This document shows, one piece after another, positions 32,959 to 46,031 of a stretch of DNA of 64,000 nt. The stretch lies in contig ML996689.1 of NCBI GenBank assembly GCA_010356995.1, positions 1,692,691-1,756,690 on the forward strand. Reading direction: 5' to 3'. Source of the DNA: Trichodelitschia bisporula. Taxonomy: Eukaryota. Below the pieces are notes generated by a model. That model ran no database searches, was not told where the DNA came from, and was given only the letters and a program-made list of their open reading frames with translations. Position 1 is the stretch's first letter, and every line of letters begins with the position of its first letter. A program made the translations under genes and the position numbers.

Positions 32959-35900
32959 CTAATCCGCCAGCACCCCCCTCAATCCCCTCACAAACCCCCC
33001 CATCAACTTCGGCACCTCGCTCACAACCGGCTTCACGGGCTCCCCCGTCCCCGCCCTCAACGCCGCCTGACGTGCCCTCCTCCTCCGCTCCGCAACTATC
33101 CCATCCACGCCCTCATCCTCCTCCTCCTCCTCCGTCTCACTGCCCCCCTCCTCCAACTCATCAAGATCATCCTGCTCGACCCCGAAATCCGCCGCGCTGA
33201 TCTTCATCCCCAGGCCTGAGAACCCCGCTCCCCCTGCCTCTTCCCCATCCGCCGCCATTTTGCGCCGCGTCTTGTCCGCATGCCAGCGCTTGCGCCGCAC
33301 GTGCCACTTTACCAGCGCGTTGACTTCAGCCAGGAGCTTCTCCGGATCAACCGCGCCCTGATCCATTGCCTCCCTCACCAAAGCATTCATATCCAGCGCC
33401 CCCCCACGGGGCCCAATGCGCAAAAACTCAAGTATCGTCTCCAAATGCGCCATAACGCGATCAAACAGCCCATCATCATGGACATGGCACTCATGCACAA
33501 ACTTATAAAAGTTATCCTGGTGGCGGGCACACAAATCAATGAAGCTCTGCACCGTCTGATTGGGATCAGCGGTGAGGCCCGCGCGTTGGGCGGCGGTGAC
33601 GGTGGTGATGATGTCGTCGACGAAGGAGGCGAAGTCCGTGACCGAGTTGTAGACGTTGGCGGCTTTGTACACGCGCATTAGGGGCTCGTAGAAGATTTCG
33701 ATGAGGTCCCGGAGGAGGCGTTGGGAGTTTGGCTGAGGGGTTAGTGGGGGGGGATAGGAGCGGGGGGGGGGCGGACCTCGTTGATCATCTCGAGCATCTT
33801 GACTTTGTCGCGCTGTCGCACGTATAGCTTTAGCAGCAGCTTCAGGTGCGCGTACAGCTGCGCGCCGGGAAGCCGCTCGCTCCCGACTTCCTCGACCGCC
33901 CTCTTCCACGCCAGATACGCCTGCGCGCCCGCCTCGATATGCTCAGGCGGCAGCACGGGGTCGATAAGATCGGACCTCAAGATCGCAAGTACGATGTCGA
34001 TATTCGCATCCTCCGCGTCCTGCTTGATGACCTGCTTGATAACCTCATCCGCGCCCGCATACGCCTGAATCTTATCCGGAAACGTCGGATCCTGAATCTT
34101 CTGCGTGATGAGCGTGGTGATCGCCTTCTGAATCCCCGTAATGCCGTCCTGTATCGCCATGCCAAAAATATGCTGCAGCAAACTACGCGACCCAAACGGC
34201 TGCGCCATAAACACATCCAAGATGCGCGGCATCAGCGCCGCAGGGTTAGCGAAGCGGATGATGTTCTTGAGCAGCGAGTACGGGATCAGACTGTGGATGC
34301 GCTTCATCTGCGCGAACAGCTCCGCCGAATTATCCTCCGCGAGGAAGAGATGGTAAATCGTCGCCGCAATTTCGATCCGCAACCACTCTGCAAACTTCTG
34401 GTACTCGGGCGGTAAATCCTCGATCCTCTTCTTCTCCTTGATGGCGCTGAAGAGCTTCCGCAGTCCATTCCGCTCCACGATGTCCCGCCTGAATTTCTCC
34501 ATGTGCACATCCAGCTCCGCGGCCCGCTGCCGCGCAACTTCGTAGAACCGCCGCTGCTCCTCGACGCGCTTTTCGTCTACCAGCCGCCGCTTATCGCAAT
34601 CGACGACGTCTTCCTCGGCCAGCTCCACGGGGTCGATGGTCAGAAACTCACGCATCGCGTTCGACTGAGCCACCTGCTCGTTCGCCAGTAGCGTGCGCAG
34701 TGCTGCCCGCAGCGACACTCGCTGCGACTCGCGGAAGAGCACCGTCGAGCCCGGGCCTAGGTGGAAGTGGGACGCCGTTGGCGTGCGCGGGGAAGTAGGG
34801 ATGTCCGTCGAGGGTCGCGGCGGTGAGGGGGCTCTCGCGCTCTTGCGAGACATGGACGACGCCGCTGAGCCCTTGCGCCGGTGGACCTTATCTCTTACTT
34901 GTTCGCGCAGGGCACTGGGTTTATATCTATCGCGCGCCGGAGCCTGGAGGGAATCGCCAATCGAAGTCGAGCTGCCATTATCCCTTGAGGGCTCCGGCGG
35001 TACCAGCGAGTTCCGACTCGCATCGCGGAAGGGCAAGTCCTCCATCGAGCGCGCCGAAGACACGGACGGCGCACGTGCAGGAGCAAAGCTCTCAGTAGAC
35101 GTTTCAGGCGCATCAACGAACGTATCGCGCTCCTCCGAGGAGCCGGAACTGGCGGAGTCGCTGTCGTCGATAAAGGAAGGCACCACGATGTCGTCTGTGT
35201 TCTTGCGGGGAAGCGGGGGGAGGACTTTGCCTGCTAGCTCGATGCGGAGCGCCTCGTGCATGCGTTTGAAGTCCTCGTAGCGCCGGACTACGAAGTGTTC
35301 GGGGTGGCCGGCGCGCTTGACGCGGATGATGAAGGCCTTGAGGGGTTAGATACGAAGATAGGAGATGGGATCAGGGAAAACGTACGGGCTCATTATGGTT
35401 CCGCCAATGCCGCCGCTCCACCACCGTCCGCACACCAGCGACATTGACATCCCACCCATGAATCTCATGTCCATGCGGCACATTCGCAATGAGGCCCTTC
35501 TCCTGCGCCCCCCGATCCACAACCTCCAGCTCCGCAAAGCGAATCCGCTCCTCATACCCACTCGCCGTGGGAATCCCACTAACCATCATAATCTCCACCA
35601 ACTTCCTCGCCTTCAGCGCCAACTTTCTCCGCTTCGTATCCTCAAGCCTATCCTCAGACGACGAGATATGCTTGCTAGCAAACGACTCCAAGAAAACCTG
35701 CACCCTATTCTGCCAAAACTCCGTCTCCTGCGCCCGGCGCAGGAAGGGAAACGTGCGGACATGGTGCACGAAGATGAAGCGCAGGATGGGGAGTTCCGAG
35801 TCCTGCGGCTTCACCTCGCCGGCGTCTGATTTGAAGGGGGCACCGAAGCGGCGGAGGGCGGTGGGCGAGTTGAGTTCGGAGATTTCCCATGCAGTCTGGC

Positions 35901-36079
35901 GCGAGATGAGTTCGCGTTTGAGGTCTGCGGGGTCAGCGACGCTGCGAGGAGAGGGAGATGGAGACGGAGGACTTACAGTGCTCTTGCTTTCCCGTGAGCA
36001 GCGCACCCGGTGGCGGCAGCGAGACGTACGAGTCGGAAGAGCGCTGGAGCTCGCTGCGGTCGGGGGCGGCTAGAGCCAT
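32959..36079 (-). CDS. PX-domain protein, YPR097W/Lec1-like with PX-associated domains
   Basis: LTGKQEH|YLKRELI, RRFGAPF, VVRRYEDFKRMH, LFRESQRVSLRA, FAEWLRIEIAATIYHLFL, DLCARHQDNFYKFVHE; introns near 35930-35975, 35340-35385 and 33730-33777. Confidence 0.88.
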
Positions 36080-37024
36080 AGTGTGGGGTAGCGCAGCCGC
36101 GGCTCAGCAGGTGAGAAAGTAGGAGTGAAGGAGAGCGACACGAAGTGGTGAATAAGTGACAAAGTCAACGAAAGGGGACACAGAGAAAGAAAACAAGAGG
36201 TTGGAGAAGTAGTGTTGACGGCGCTACGTTCAACCGCGAAGTAGTCAGGCTGATGGTGTTGCTGATCACTCGGCGGGTGGGTTAATGACGCAAGCAGGGA
36301 ATAGCCCTCCCTCCAACTTCAACGTCTCGCTTCTCTCACACGCTTGTGTCCAGTGATGATGCCCGCTAAGAGCTCCACACCCTCCGCGTAGCTGCCACTC
36401 CCTCTCGGCACGCCAAAAGTGGTAGTCTGTGTACAAACAACTTGGCAGCTGGCCTTACGAGTACCTTCAAATGGAGTACATCCGTAGCATCCCGGAGAAC
36501 CTACTGGATGTATATATGCCGACGGGGCAACATATTGCCCTCAAACAACCCCCGCCCTCAAGTACGTACACCCGTCTCCACCAGTTAAACGCCCACAAGG
36601 CCCCCGCCGCCCACTGGTCAATGGCGTGCAGCCCTCCAAGTCCGCAGCGAGGCTGCTCAGCCACGCCCAGTCGTTTATCCCAGGCCAGGTGCTCGTCCAG
36701 GCGGGGGGGGGGGAGGGGGCGGGTGCAGGACGCGCCACACATCCAAGCCCACTGTTTGCCGCTTTACCGCAGTCAGCACATGCAATACAGCCTCTTGCAT
36801 CACGAAGACGCGTCACCATAAAACGTCACTGCCAAAGCCAAAAGGGCACATTCCGAGACAACGCCGAAGATACATATGCTCGACTAAGACTCCGACTCCC
36901 TACCGATACAAGAAGGGAATATCGCAGTGAATCGCGCCGGTGATCTACCCATGTACAACTACCGATACTCTAGCACGTCCTAGCCCGCGCAGCCTCACAG
37001 TTGCACACCGAAATCCATATCGAT

Positions 37025-37176
37025 CCCCTCGCCGCCTAATAGTCTAGATCGCTCGACCCCTCGATGCTCGGCACCACGTCGTGGTCATCGTGCATGACTC
37101 TGGGTTCGTACCACTGAAGGAAACGTCCCAAAGAATCAGGGCAACAACCTGACGCGGTGTCAGCGAAAAGTAGATT
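37025..37176 (-). repeat. Diverged tandem copy of the last ~45 codons and stop context of the Ars2 gene
   Basis: Reads NLLFADTASGCCPDSLGRFLQWYE..HDDHDVVPSIEGSSDLDY* versus gene NPRFADTAPGPGPGALGRSLKSYEDLDAAASSNGGTGELDY*; both end TAGGCGGCGAGGGGA. Confidence 0.88.
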
Positions 37177-37187
37177 CCCCTCGCCGC

Positions 37188-39928
37188 CTAGTAATCCAAC
37201 TCGCCCGTCCCCCCGTTGCTGCTCGCCGCCGCATCAAGGTCCTCGTAGCTCTTGAGACTACGTCCGAGGGCGCCCGGACCAGGCCCTGGCGCAGTGTCAG
37301 CGAAACGCGGATTTACAGGCCGAGCACCAGCACGAGGGGGTGTCAGTCTACCAGGCACCGCCCCAGGAGCCCAACGCATGTTGCGCGAATCCTTAGATGC
37401 GCGGTCGTACGGACCTGGAGGACCGCGCGGCGCGAAGCGGTTTCCGTTACGACGTGGGCCCGGACCGTTGCGGTCGTCGTCAAAGCCCGGCGCGCCCCAT
37501 GGCGGGTTGATGCCATGCTGTGCGAGGTAGGCGGCCATCTGGACTGAAGTCGGCGCTCCCGGCACGTTCATTGGCAAGCCCATGGACATGCTGAGGTTGA
37601 AGCCGCGAGGCGTGCCGGTCGTGACATGACCGCTAATTGGAAAGTGCCCGTTGCTGTTTGCATCGCTGCGCGAGGGGGCAATGTGTGACGGATCGAGGAC
37701 ATAGCTGTTGACAAGCGTAACCTTGAACCTATCAGTAAGAAATTTGAGAACGAGAAAGGGGAAGCGCACGTCTTGCTTGATCTTATTAAAGAAGTCGCCG
37801 TGGCGTTTCTCGACGTGCTTGCGCCAAAAGTTATTCCCCTTGAAGAGCTTCGTGCAATCTGGAACCTTGCAGCGGTAGCGCGATTCGTCTTCTTGCTTGA
37901 CAAATTTGGCCAATTCCTCTTCGATGCCTTCCTCGACGTTACGCCCGCCAATCTTCTTAAGGTCGACGCTGTCCGGATCAAGGATCTGCATGAGCTTCTC
38001 TTCATAGGTGCGAACCCAGTTGAAGGCGCGCTGCAGCTGCTGCTGGGCCTTGATCCCCGTTTTCTGGAACTTCTTTTCCTCAGTGGCCAACGCTGAAGAG
38101 TCCTCGCCATTCATGTTAGAAGCATCCTTCCGAAAGGGGAACGCCTCGCCGACGGCGCTCGCTTTGGCAGCCGTCTTAGCTGCGCTCGTAAGGCTAGAGC
38201 GCGGGCGACGCAGGTGACCGCCAGGGCACTTGCGGCTAAGCTCGTGCACAGAGTCGCTTTCGAAGACGCAGAAGAGGCAGAAGTTGTACACGCGACGCAG
38301 GTATTCTACCAGCAGATCGAGGCGCTTCTTCTTGGAAAGCAGCTCTTCATCGTCGACTTCGTCGTCGTAAGCGTTCTCTTCCTCTTCGTCGACGGCACCC
38401 TCATCGGAGTCCTCGTCCATATCCTTGTCCTTCACCTTTTTAGCCGTGGGAGCACTGACAGGAGGCTGCAGCCAGCCCTTGCTGCGAAGATCATCGACGC
38501 GCTCGTCGACCTTTGCCACACCGTCAACTCCAGAGCCCAGCTCCTGGTCGTAGTAGCGAACGATGCGCACGGCGAGTTGGAGATCGCGCTCGACACGCTC
38601 AGGCGCCGAAAAGAGATCCCAGAGCGCCTTCTTGCGCGGCGCAGCAGGCGGCTCGTGGATGCCGACGTGGCACGTGAAGTCACCACGCTCTTCGTCGTGG
38701 ATGGTCTTGCCGTTGATCTCGGCGAGAGCCTTGGCGGCAGTAGAGAGCGGCGGGCCGGCACCGGCTTCTGAGCGCGCATGTCCATCCTCTCCGTCGTGTT
38801 CCTCATCGCGCCCATCAGCACGATCGTCGACTTCCATGCGCTCCGGCCCGGGGTGGAGCATGACCCAGCCGATACGATGGTACTTCTTCATCGGATTGGG
38901 ATCGCTCAGGCTGAGACAGCGGAAGCCGCCTTCACCCTCGCCGAGGTGCTCTTTGCAGAAGCCCTCCATCTTCTCGCGGCTGACAGTAGGCGCAATGGTC
39001 TTGATGAGAAGAGTCGGCTGGAGAGCGGCCTCATCGCGGATGTCACCACCACGAGTCGGGACCAGGTCGCTGACACCAAGGACCTCGTTGGCCGCTGTAG
39101 CTTCACCCTCTTCCTTCTCGACGATACCGCCAGCGCCGTTGCTCTCCGTCTTGTAGATGCCCTCGAGCGTGAATTCGTCGAACAGGCCGGTCTCAAGATC
39201 ATGGGACCACTTCTGTTGCGCTCCTCGGCGGACCTGGCATAGATTGTTGCGCAGCCACACCCGGGTCTTGGGATCGTACCGTTCCTTGAACCATTCATCA
39301 CTCTTATGTGCCTGGACGAATGAGCGCGCCATCTGAGCCTGAAGCTTCTCCTTATAGCTGTCGTAGGCGGCTTGAATCTGTTCACGCTCCTTGGCACGGT
39401 CCTCACGGCTCTCCTTTTCGCCCTTGAGTCGCTCTGTCCGACGGCCTCCGTTTTTCTGCCTGTCCTTCTCTTCCTTGATCGCATTCTCCACGCGCCACCA
39501 CTCGGAGAACCAGTTGAAGCCGACTTGGTAATCGAGGGAGAGAGGGTTTGGAAGAGGGTTCGTCAATGGGACAACGGGCGTCTCATGACCTGGAACATAA
39601 CGGTCAATTCCAGGCTGAACAGGGGGAGGCGAGGGACGACGACGGAAATCATCGCGAACACGGTAGTGATCGTCTCTAGGAGGCTGGTAGCGATCAATGT
39701 TGGGCGGCGACCGCGATCGACCGCGCCCCCCAGCCCCACGCATCGGACGGCGGTCATATGGAGCTGACGGCATTAGCTTTAGCTTGGTGCTAGCGCACAT
39801 ACAATCAACTTACCAGGCGACCGCCGACGGTACGAGTCCGTGGACTCGCGACGAGGCTCATCCCGACCACTGAGAATCAGTAAACGCGCGGACGCATGAG
39901 GGGGGGACCAGTACTTGTAGGAATCCAT
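37188..39928 (-). CDS. ARS2: Ars2/Serrate (SRRT) RNA-processing effector
   Basis: HKSDEWFKERYDP, LDLLVEYLRRVYNFCLFC, zinc finger CKVPDCTKLFKGNNFWRKHVEKRH, terminal YEDLD motif; two short 5' exons from ATG 39928; 48-nt intron 37769-37722. Confidence 0.93.
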
Positions 39929-40709
39929 GGCCGGCGTTGATCGTCGCTCCGCCGGGTGATTTCAAGTGCCGGACAATGCGAGAGAGGCGACAACTAGCGG
40001 GTTCACACTGTTTACTCGCGGAGGCGGGTTAGACATGTTCAACAAGGGGAACCGGGGGGAGGAGCGAGGAGAATGAAGCGCGACGGGCTGGAGGAAGGAA
40101 ACACAAGTAGCGAGCTCAAAATGAGGCTAACGAAGAGACGTGTCCAGCTTAATGGAGAGTCTGAGTGAAGACGGAGGGTAACAAGTGCAGCGCCAGAGCT
40201 GCAAATGGGGGACGTGAAGGGGGCAGGAGGGGAGAAGCAGGGCTTGGGGAAGGGAGAGAAGGGGAGAAGGCAGCCATAGGAATAAGTGTCAAGGGGAGAT
40301 ATACATAAATGAAGTATCGTGGTGTTGCACTCACAATGTGCAGATGAAATAGGGCAAAGGTCCACTGTGGAGATGGAGATAGGTTGGGGGAGGGTGGAAA
40401 GTCGCGAACGCGAGAGGTTGTCGTTGCACTTCTGGGCCCCCGGCACGGCTTGGCAGCGGAGAGGAGGTGGTGAGTCAGCCAGATCGCCTGCTTCACCTTG
40501 CCGCGCTTGTGTCGCGCGCTGCAAACGAAGCTGCATAAACCTGCATAAATAAACTCCCTCAAGCGCCTGCGGTACGGTACGGTAGAGCCGCAGATAACCG
40601 CGGGCCGCTATATATTCCGAAGGAACCCCGGAACATGATGTTGATGGTCTGATGTTGAGCTGATCGTAAGACATAAGATATACAAGCGCCATCGTAGAGC
40701 TGGGCAAAC

Positions 40710-40718
40710 TATATAAAA
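40710..40718 (+). promoter_or_regulatory. Candidate TATA box for the TspO gene
   Basis: TATATAAAA about 190 nt upstream of ATG 40907 in a GC-rich context. Confidence 0.5.
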
Positions 40719-40815
40719 GGCGCAAGGTAGCACCACCACAAATACTGAGCTTCAAGTTTGATCATAAAGGCCAAATCCGCAGTCTTGAGCAATCGTCGTC
40801 GCTATCGCCATTATT

Positions 40816-40905
40816 CACCACCACCACCACCACCGCCACCACCACCACCACCACCACCATAACCACCACAACCATCATCACCGCAACAACCATTATCACC
40901 GCAAC
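40816..40905 (+). repeat. (CAC)n/(CAA/CAT) microsatellite in the TspO leader
   Basis: caccaccaccac... run immediately before the ATG. Confidence 0.9.
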
Positions 40906-40906
40906 A

Positions 40907-41604
40907 ATGACCTCCCACATCCCCTCCCTCACCCTCCCAGCCTTCATCTTCGACTCCCCAGCCGCCTCAATCCTCCTCCCCATCAGCATCGGCACCGCAA
41001 TCGGCTACTCCACCCGTCGTCCGTCCCCCCTCCCCCCTCCAAACCCCCTCCCCACCACACCCCAACCCACTAACCCCCAATAGCCCAAGACACCAAGAAG
41101 AAATACCTCTCCCTCCGCCAACCCCCCCTCAACCCCCCCCCCCCCCCCATAGCCCAAGACACCAAGAAGAAATACCTCTCCCTCCGCCAACCCCCCCTCA
41201 ACCCCCCCCCCTGGGTCTTCGGCCCCGTCTGGACCGCCCTCTACGCAACAATGGGCTACGCCGCCTACCGCGCCTGGTCCACCGGGGCCAACAGCTTCAA
41301 CCCCGCAACGCGCGACTGGGCGCTGCACGGCGCGACGCTGTACACCCTACAACTCGGCCTGAATTTCGCGTGGATGCCGCTGTTCTTCGTCGCGGAGCGC
41401 CCGATCGAGGCGACCATCGATGTGGTTGCGCTGGGCGGGACGACGGCGTATCTGGCGTATGTGTGGAGCCATGTTGATGGGGTGGCGGCGTGGATGCTGG
41501 CGCCGTACCTGGCGTGGATTGGGTTTGCGACGTATCTTTGCGCGGGGTGTGGGTATTTGAATGGGTGGGACTTTTCGAAGAAGAGCAGGGCGAAGAATGC
41601 GTAA
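40907..41604 (+). CDS. TspO/MBR translocator-family protein
   Basis: YLSLRQPPLNPPPWVFGPVWTALYATMGYAAYRAW, LYTLQLGLNFAWMPLFF, LAPYLAWIGFATYL; intron ending 41083. Confidence 0.93.
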
Positions 41605-41713
41605 GGAGGGCGGCGGGTGCTTCTTGATATGTACGGCGAGGCACACGGCCTCTGATACTACGGCTAGGTTCAATCTTATGGATATCAGAACTTGCAGCGC
41701 TTTTCCCCTGTGA

Positions 41714-42828
41714 CTACAACTCGTCCAGTCTTCTGAGGCGCAGATCATTCTGCGTCGCCGCCTCATGTGTGGGAGATATGTCTTCCTTCGGGCTGGTCTT
41801 GGACTTGCGATCCAGCCCCATAATCGCCTCCTGGACTTCTGGCGGGACCGCACTCGAAGCCTCTCGTCCATCGAGCCACTTCGTCTGCGACGGCGCCGTC
41901 TTCGACGTCGGGTACATAACCGCGCCTACGAGGAGCAAAACCGCAACCAGCACAACCCAAAAGATCCTGAGTCTCCCTAAGCACAACACATTAGCCTCTA
42001 TCCCAACACATCCCACCCAAAACTCACTACTAAACGTCGCCTGCCACTCCGCCTCCCTCGCCTGCAATGCCGCAACCCTCGCCCTAACCTTAACCACCCG
42101 CTCCCCCAACCCATCCCCCTTACTCCTACTCCCCCTAACCCGCTCCTCCAGCTTCTCAACCATATCCCTCTGCCTCCCAAACCTCCCCACCCCCTCAATC
42201 TGCCCCTCAACCTCGCGCCTCAGCTCCTCAGCCTCCGCCTCAAAGCCCACCTGCAGCTCGTGCGTCGCGGTGGAAAGCTCCTTAAGCCCCTCAATCGTGC
42301 TCTGCAGCGCGCTCATCTTCTCCAGTATGCTGTAGTACACGTTGTCGAGTTGCCGCGTCGTGCTCATGGCTGAGTCCTGCAGCGCAGCGAGGCGGCGTCG
42401 TAGCTCCCTACGAGAAAGACCCATCAGTCCCCATCTCCCATTATCGTTCCTGGTACTCACTCATCCCGACTCTCATTCCTTCCCCTCTCCCCCTCCGCAT
42501 CCCCCCTCTCCTCAGCCCCATCAAGCCCAACCCCAAGCCCAACCCCCACCCCACTCCCGCGTCGACTCACATCCGCACTCACCGCGGGACTATAATCCGA
42601 CCGGCTCAGTTGTCTGCTCAAGTCGGACACCGCGCTCAGCGGATCGAGTAGCCGTGGCCCGTCGCGTCCTTCGCGGGCGTCGCGGGCGGCGGTCCGGCGC
42701 GACGCGTGCGGCGAGTGGTGCACGCTGTAGTGGTGCCGGTGGTGGTGGTGTTTGCGGTCTGAGGCCGGGGGCGCGAAGTCGCTGTGCGATCGCTTGGGGC
42801 GCACGAGGAGCGGCGGTGGGTCGTCCAT
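41714..42828 (-). CDS. Hypothetical coiled-coil protein with C-terminal TM segment
   Basis: MDDPPP start at 42828; TTRQLDNVYYSILEKMSALQSTI coiled coil; IFWVVLVAVLLLVGAVMY; introns about 42460-42409 and 42027-41977. Confidence 0.75.
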
Positions 42829-43420
42829 GTTGCGTTGCTGGGGATGCGTGGAGGTGTGATGGCGGTGATGATGCGATGTCGGAGGGGCACGGGCGTTGGC
42901 GGAGCTACCACGTAAGTACGTACCCTCTGGGTCTGGGCGGGGATTCGGGGGGAGATTTGGGAGGATGGTTGCACGGGTCGGATGATAGAGATTCACGAGA
43001 GTATGGACTGTGACAGCTTTTTGTTTGACTTGTTTGATGGCGTGCGAAGATGCAGTGTTTGGTGTGTGTGTACGAGAATGAAGTGCACTTGGGAATCTTG
43101 GTTGCATTCATGACAGTCTCAAGGCATGTGAAGATGGAAAATCTCCCAAACCACCACCACCACCTGTAGCCGCCATCAGGGTACTACAAGTGCCTTGTCT
43201 CGCCCTACTCCATGTATTCTAGCAACTATTCCGTCATGCCAGAAGATACCGCTGTCAAACCGCCCCACAAGAGCAGGCTTCCGAGCGGAAGTTGCAGGGC
43301 TTCATGGCTTCAGATGAGAATACGACAGGCGCGGTTCATCCCCACCCATAGGTAGAGATGAAGTCCGATACCAGTAAAGCATCCAGCAGCAGATACGCAA
43401 AGCGCAATCCATCCACTCCC

Positions 43421-43886
43421 TCACGACTTAAGCATCTTATTCCTCTTCTCTCTCCGCTTCAACCGCTCCACACGCTTGCGGTGCATCGTCTCCGCCATCT
43501 TCTCATACCGCTCCTTCTCCGCCTTCGCCGTCCTCTTCTCCCTAATCGCCTCAATCCGTTTCTGCCCCGTCGTCAGCCCATCATGTCCGCAGTCGCCACA
43601 AACGTCGCGTGGCATACCTTGCGCAGCTCCTCCTTCTCCGCCTTCATCTCGGCTTCTTTCGCCTTCACCGTCTGCATGAGCTTCCGCTCCTCGGTGCGCT
43701 TTTCGTAGGACTTGAGGCCAGAGACGGGCCGGAAGGCCTTGCGGGGTTCGTGCCACTGTTTGCCTGAGGGGAGTTAGCAGTGCGTGCGACGGTAAAGGCA
43801 GAAAACGGACCATTCTTGCGCATGCCAACGGCAGGAGCAGCGGCAGGCGCAGCGGCAGGCGCGGTAGCTGTAGATTCGGCACTCAT
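43421..43886 (-). CDS. CGR1: Cgr1 rRNA-processing protein, 3 exons
   Basis: [50 protein letters not shown]. Confidence 0.93.
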
Positions 43887-44325
43887 AACGTCGTGAAGTC
43901 GTAGTAGGCGTCGCTATCGAAGATCGCAAGCACCTCGTACAAAAGTGCAAACCCACGCAAAAACAGCGGCCGAATAGCGAGTGGGCGGGACCGGGGCTGG
44001 GGTCGCACCACGCTGCGGCGCGGCACCCCGATTTTTTTCGCGCTTGACACCGCCATCAATTAGCAGTGCATTCCGCGCCCCTCCCCTCCACCCCGCCTAG
44101 CACACCCATTCCCTCCATGCAGGCTCGCCATTTTCGCCAGAATGAGTCCAGCTTAAAAGCTTGTGTCCATCACTTCCTTCAATTCCGGTGTCCCCCGTTG
44201 CTGAGCTCTACGAACTCCCTTTTCAGTACAATGCTCCCCCGATAGCACACAGTCCCTCCCTCTGCATCACGCACGCCCATCCACCCCACCCTCCACACAT
44301 ATCAACACCCTCCCAGCCGTCCTTG

Positions 44326-45336
44326 ATGGACGTATCGGACACCTCCCTCCCCCCACCGCAAAATGCCCCGCCAACCACACAGAGCGCGGCCACCGCGCCC
44401 CCCTCCCTCTCCTCCCAAACCGCCGAAGGAGCAATGAAAAGCATCGCCTTCGGCTCCATCGCCGGCTGCGTCGGCAAATTCATCGAATACCCCTTCGACA
44501 CTGTCAAAGTGCGCCTGCAGTCGCAGCCCGACGGCCAGCCGCTCCGCTACACCGGGCCCGTGGACTGCTTTCGGCAGAGCTGGCGCGCTGAGGGCGTGAC
44601 GGGATTGTACCGCGGCATCAGCGCGCCACTTGTGGGCGCGGCTGTTGAGACTAGCAGCCTTTTTTTCAGCGTGGGTGTGGCCGGCCGCCAGACTGAACGA
44701 AGCTGATAAGCGCAGTACAGGGTAATACAGGACTTCGCGCTGGCGACCTGGGCCCCGGCTTCAGGGGAACTCTCCCTCCCTGCGCTCGCGGCGTGCGGCG
44801 CCCTCAGCGGGGCCTTCACATCCCTCCTCCTCACGCCCATCGAGCTCGTCAAATGCAAAATGCAAGTCCCCAGTCCAAGCGGGAAACCAGGCCCGCTGGC
44901 CATCATAGCCGCCGTATACCGACACCAGGGCATAATAGGTTTCTGGCACGGGCAGCTGGGCACACTGATCCGCGAAACCGGCGGGTCAGCAGCCTGGTTC
45001 GGCAGCTACGAGGGCGTGAAACTCGGGTTCCGGAAAGTGACACACCATGGCCCGGCCGATACGCCTATGTACCAGCAGATGGTGGCGGGCGCGGTCGCGG
45101 GCATGGCGTACAATCTGCTCTTCTACCCCGCCGACACGATTAAGAGCCGCATGCAGACGGAGGATGTGAGCACGGGCGGACGGCGGCGCGGATTCGGTGC
45201 CGCCGCGCGCGTGCTGTGGCAGCAGCATGGGGTTAAGGGCATGTATCGCGGGTGTGGCATCACGGTGGGCCGGGCGGCGCCCAGCTCTGCGTTTATCTTT
45301 ACGGTTTATGAGGCGCTGATGAAGTACTTTGGGTGA
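44326..45336 (+). CDS. ORT1: Mitochondrial carrier, ornithine transporter type (Ort1/Arg-13-like)
   Basis: Three PxDxxKxR signatures ([30 protein letters not shown]), [11 protein letters not shown]; intron 44671-44715. Confidence 0.85.
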
Positions 45337-46031
45337 GAATACCCAAGCGGCATATATACATAGATATCATAGACTTTGTGCTAGAGGAGAAACGGTTACA
45401 CGCGAGCGATTCCCCCACAGACGGTCTGACGTGTGGTGGAGGAACCTCATCTTATCAGATCAGATCCTTCACTTCCCCACTTCCTTTCTCCACTTCACAT
45501 GCCAAAAGCCGTGCGCGCGTGCCCCCCCCGTCTCCAGCCACACGCTTTTCTCCGCCGTGGCGCGCCCGTCTGCGGCATGCGCCAGCGGCACCTCGGGAGC
45601 CCGCGAAACCAGGGCCGAGCTCACTCGCCGCCATCATCATCAGCGCGCATATGTAACCGGCGTGGTTTCGCTCTCGCAAGCACGAGACCAAACGACCGCA
45701 TTTGACCCCTCTTTGTTCCGCTGCGCTTTCTTGGTTACTTGGATTCTGCTGTCTGGGCGATCGGCTGTGTTCACCGTGAGGGAATCTGGGGAAGAACGCC
45801 ATTACATCATTCTCGCTGAGCCGAGGTGAGCGCGGAACGAACTTCAGCACTTCCTGTCTGGGACGGGTTTTCGAGACAACTCTTACCTCAACTCTCACCG
45901 TTGCAAAGGACCCATCCGCGGGCGTCTCCACCACATCCTCATCCTCCCTCGCCATCACCCTCCCATCGCCAACCTCACCACCCTCATCACCTCACCGTCC
46001 CCGTCCGTCCTCGGACAACAACCCCGCCAAC

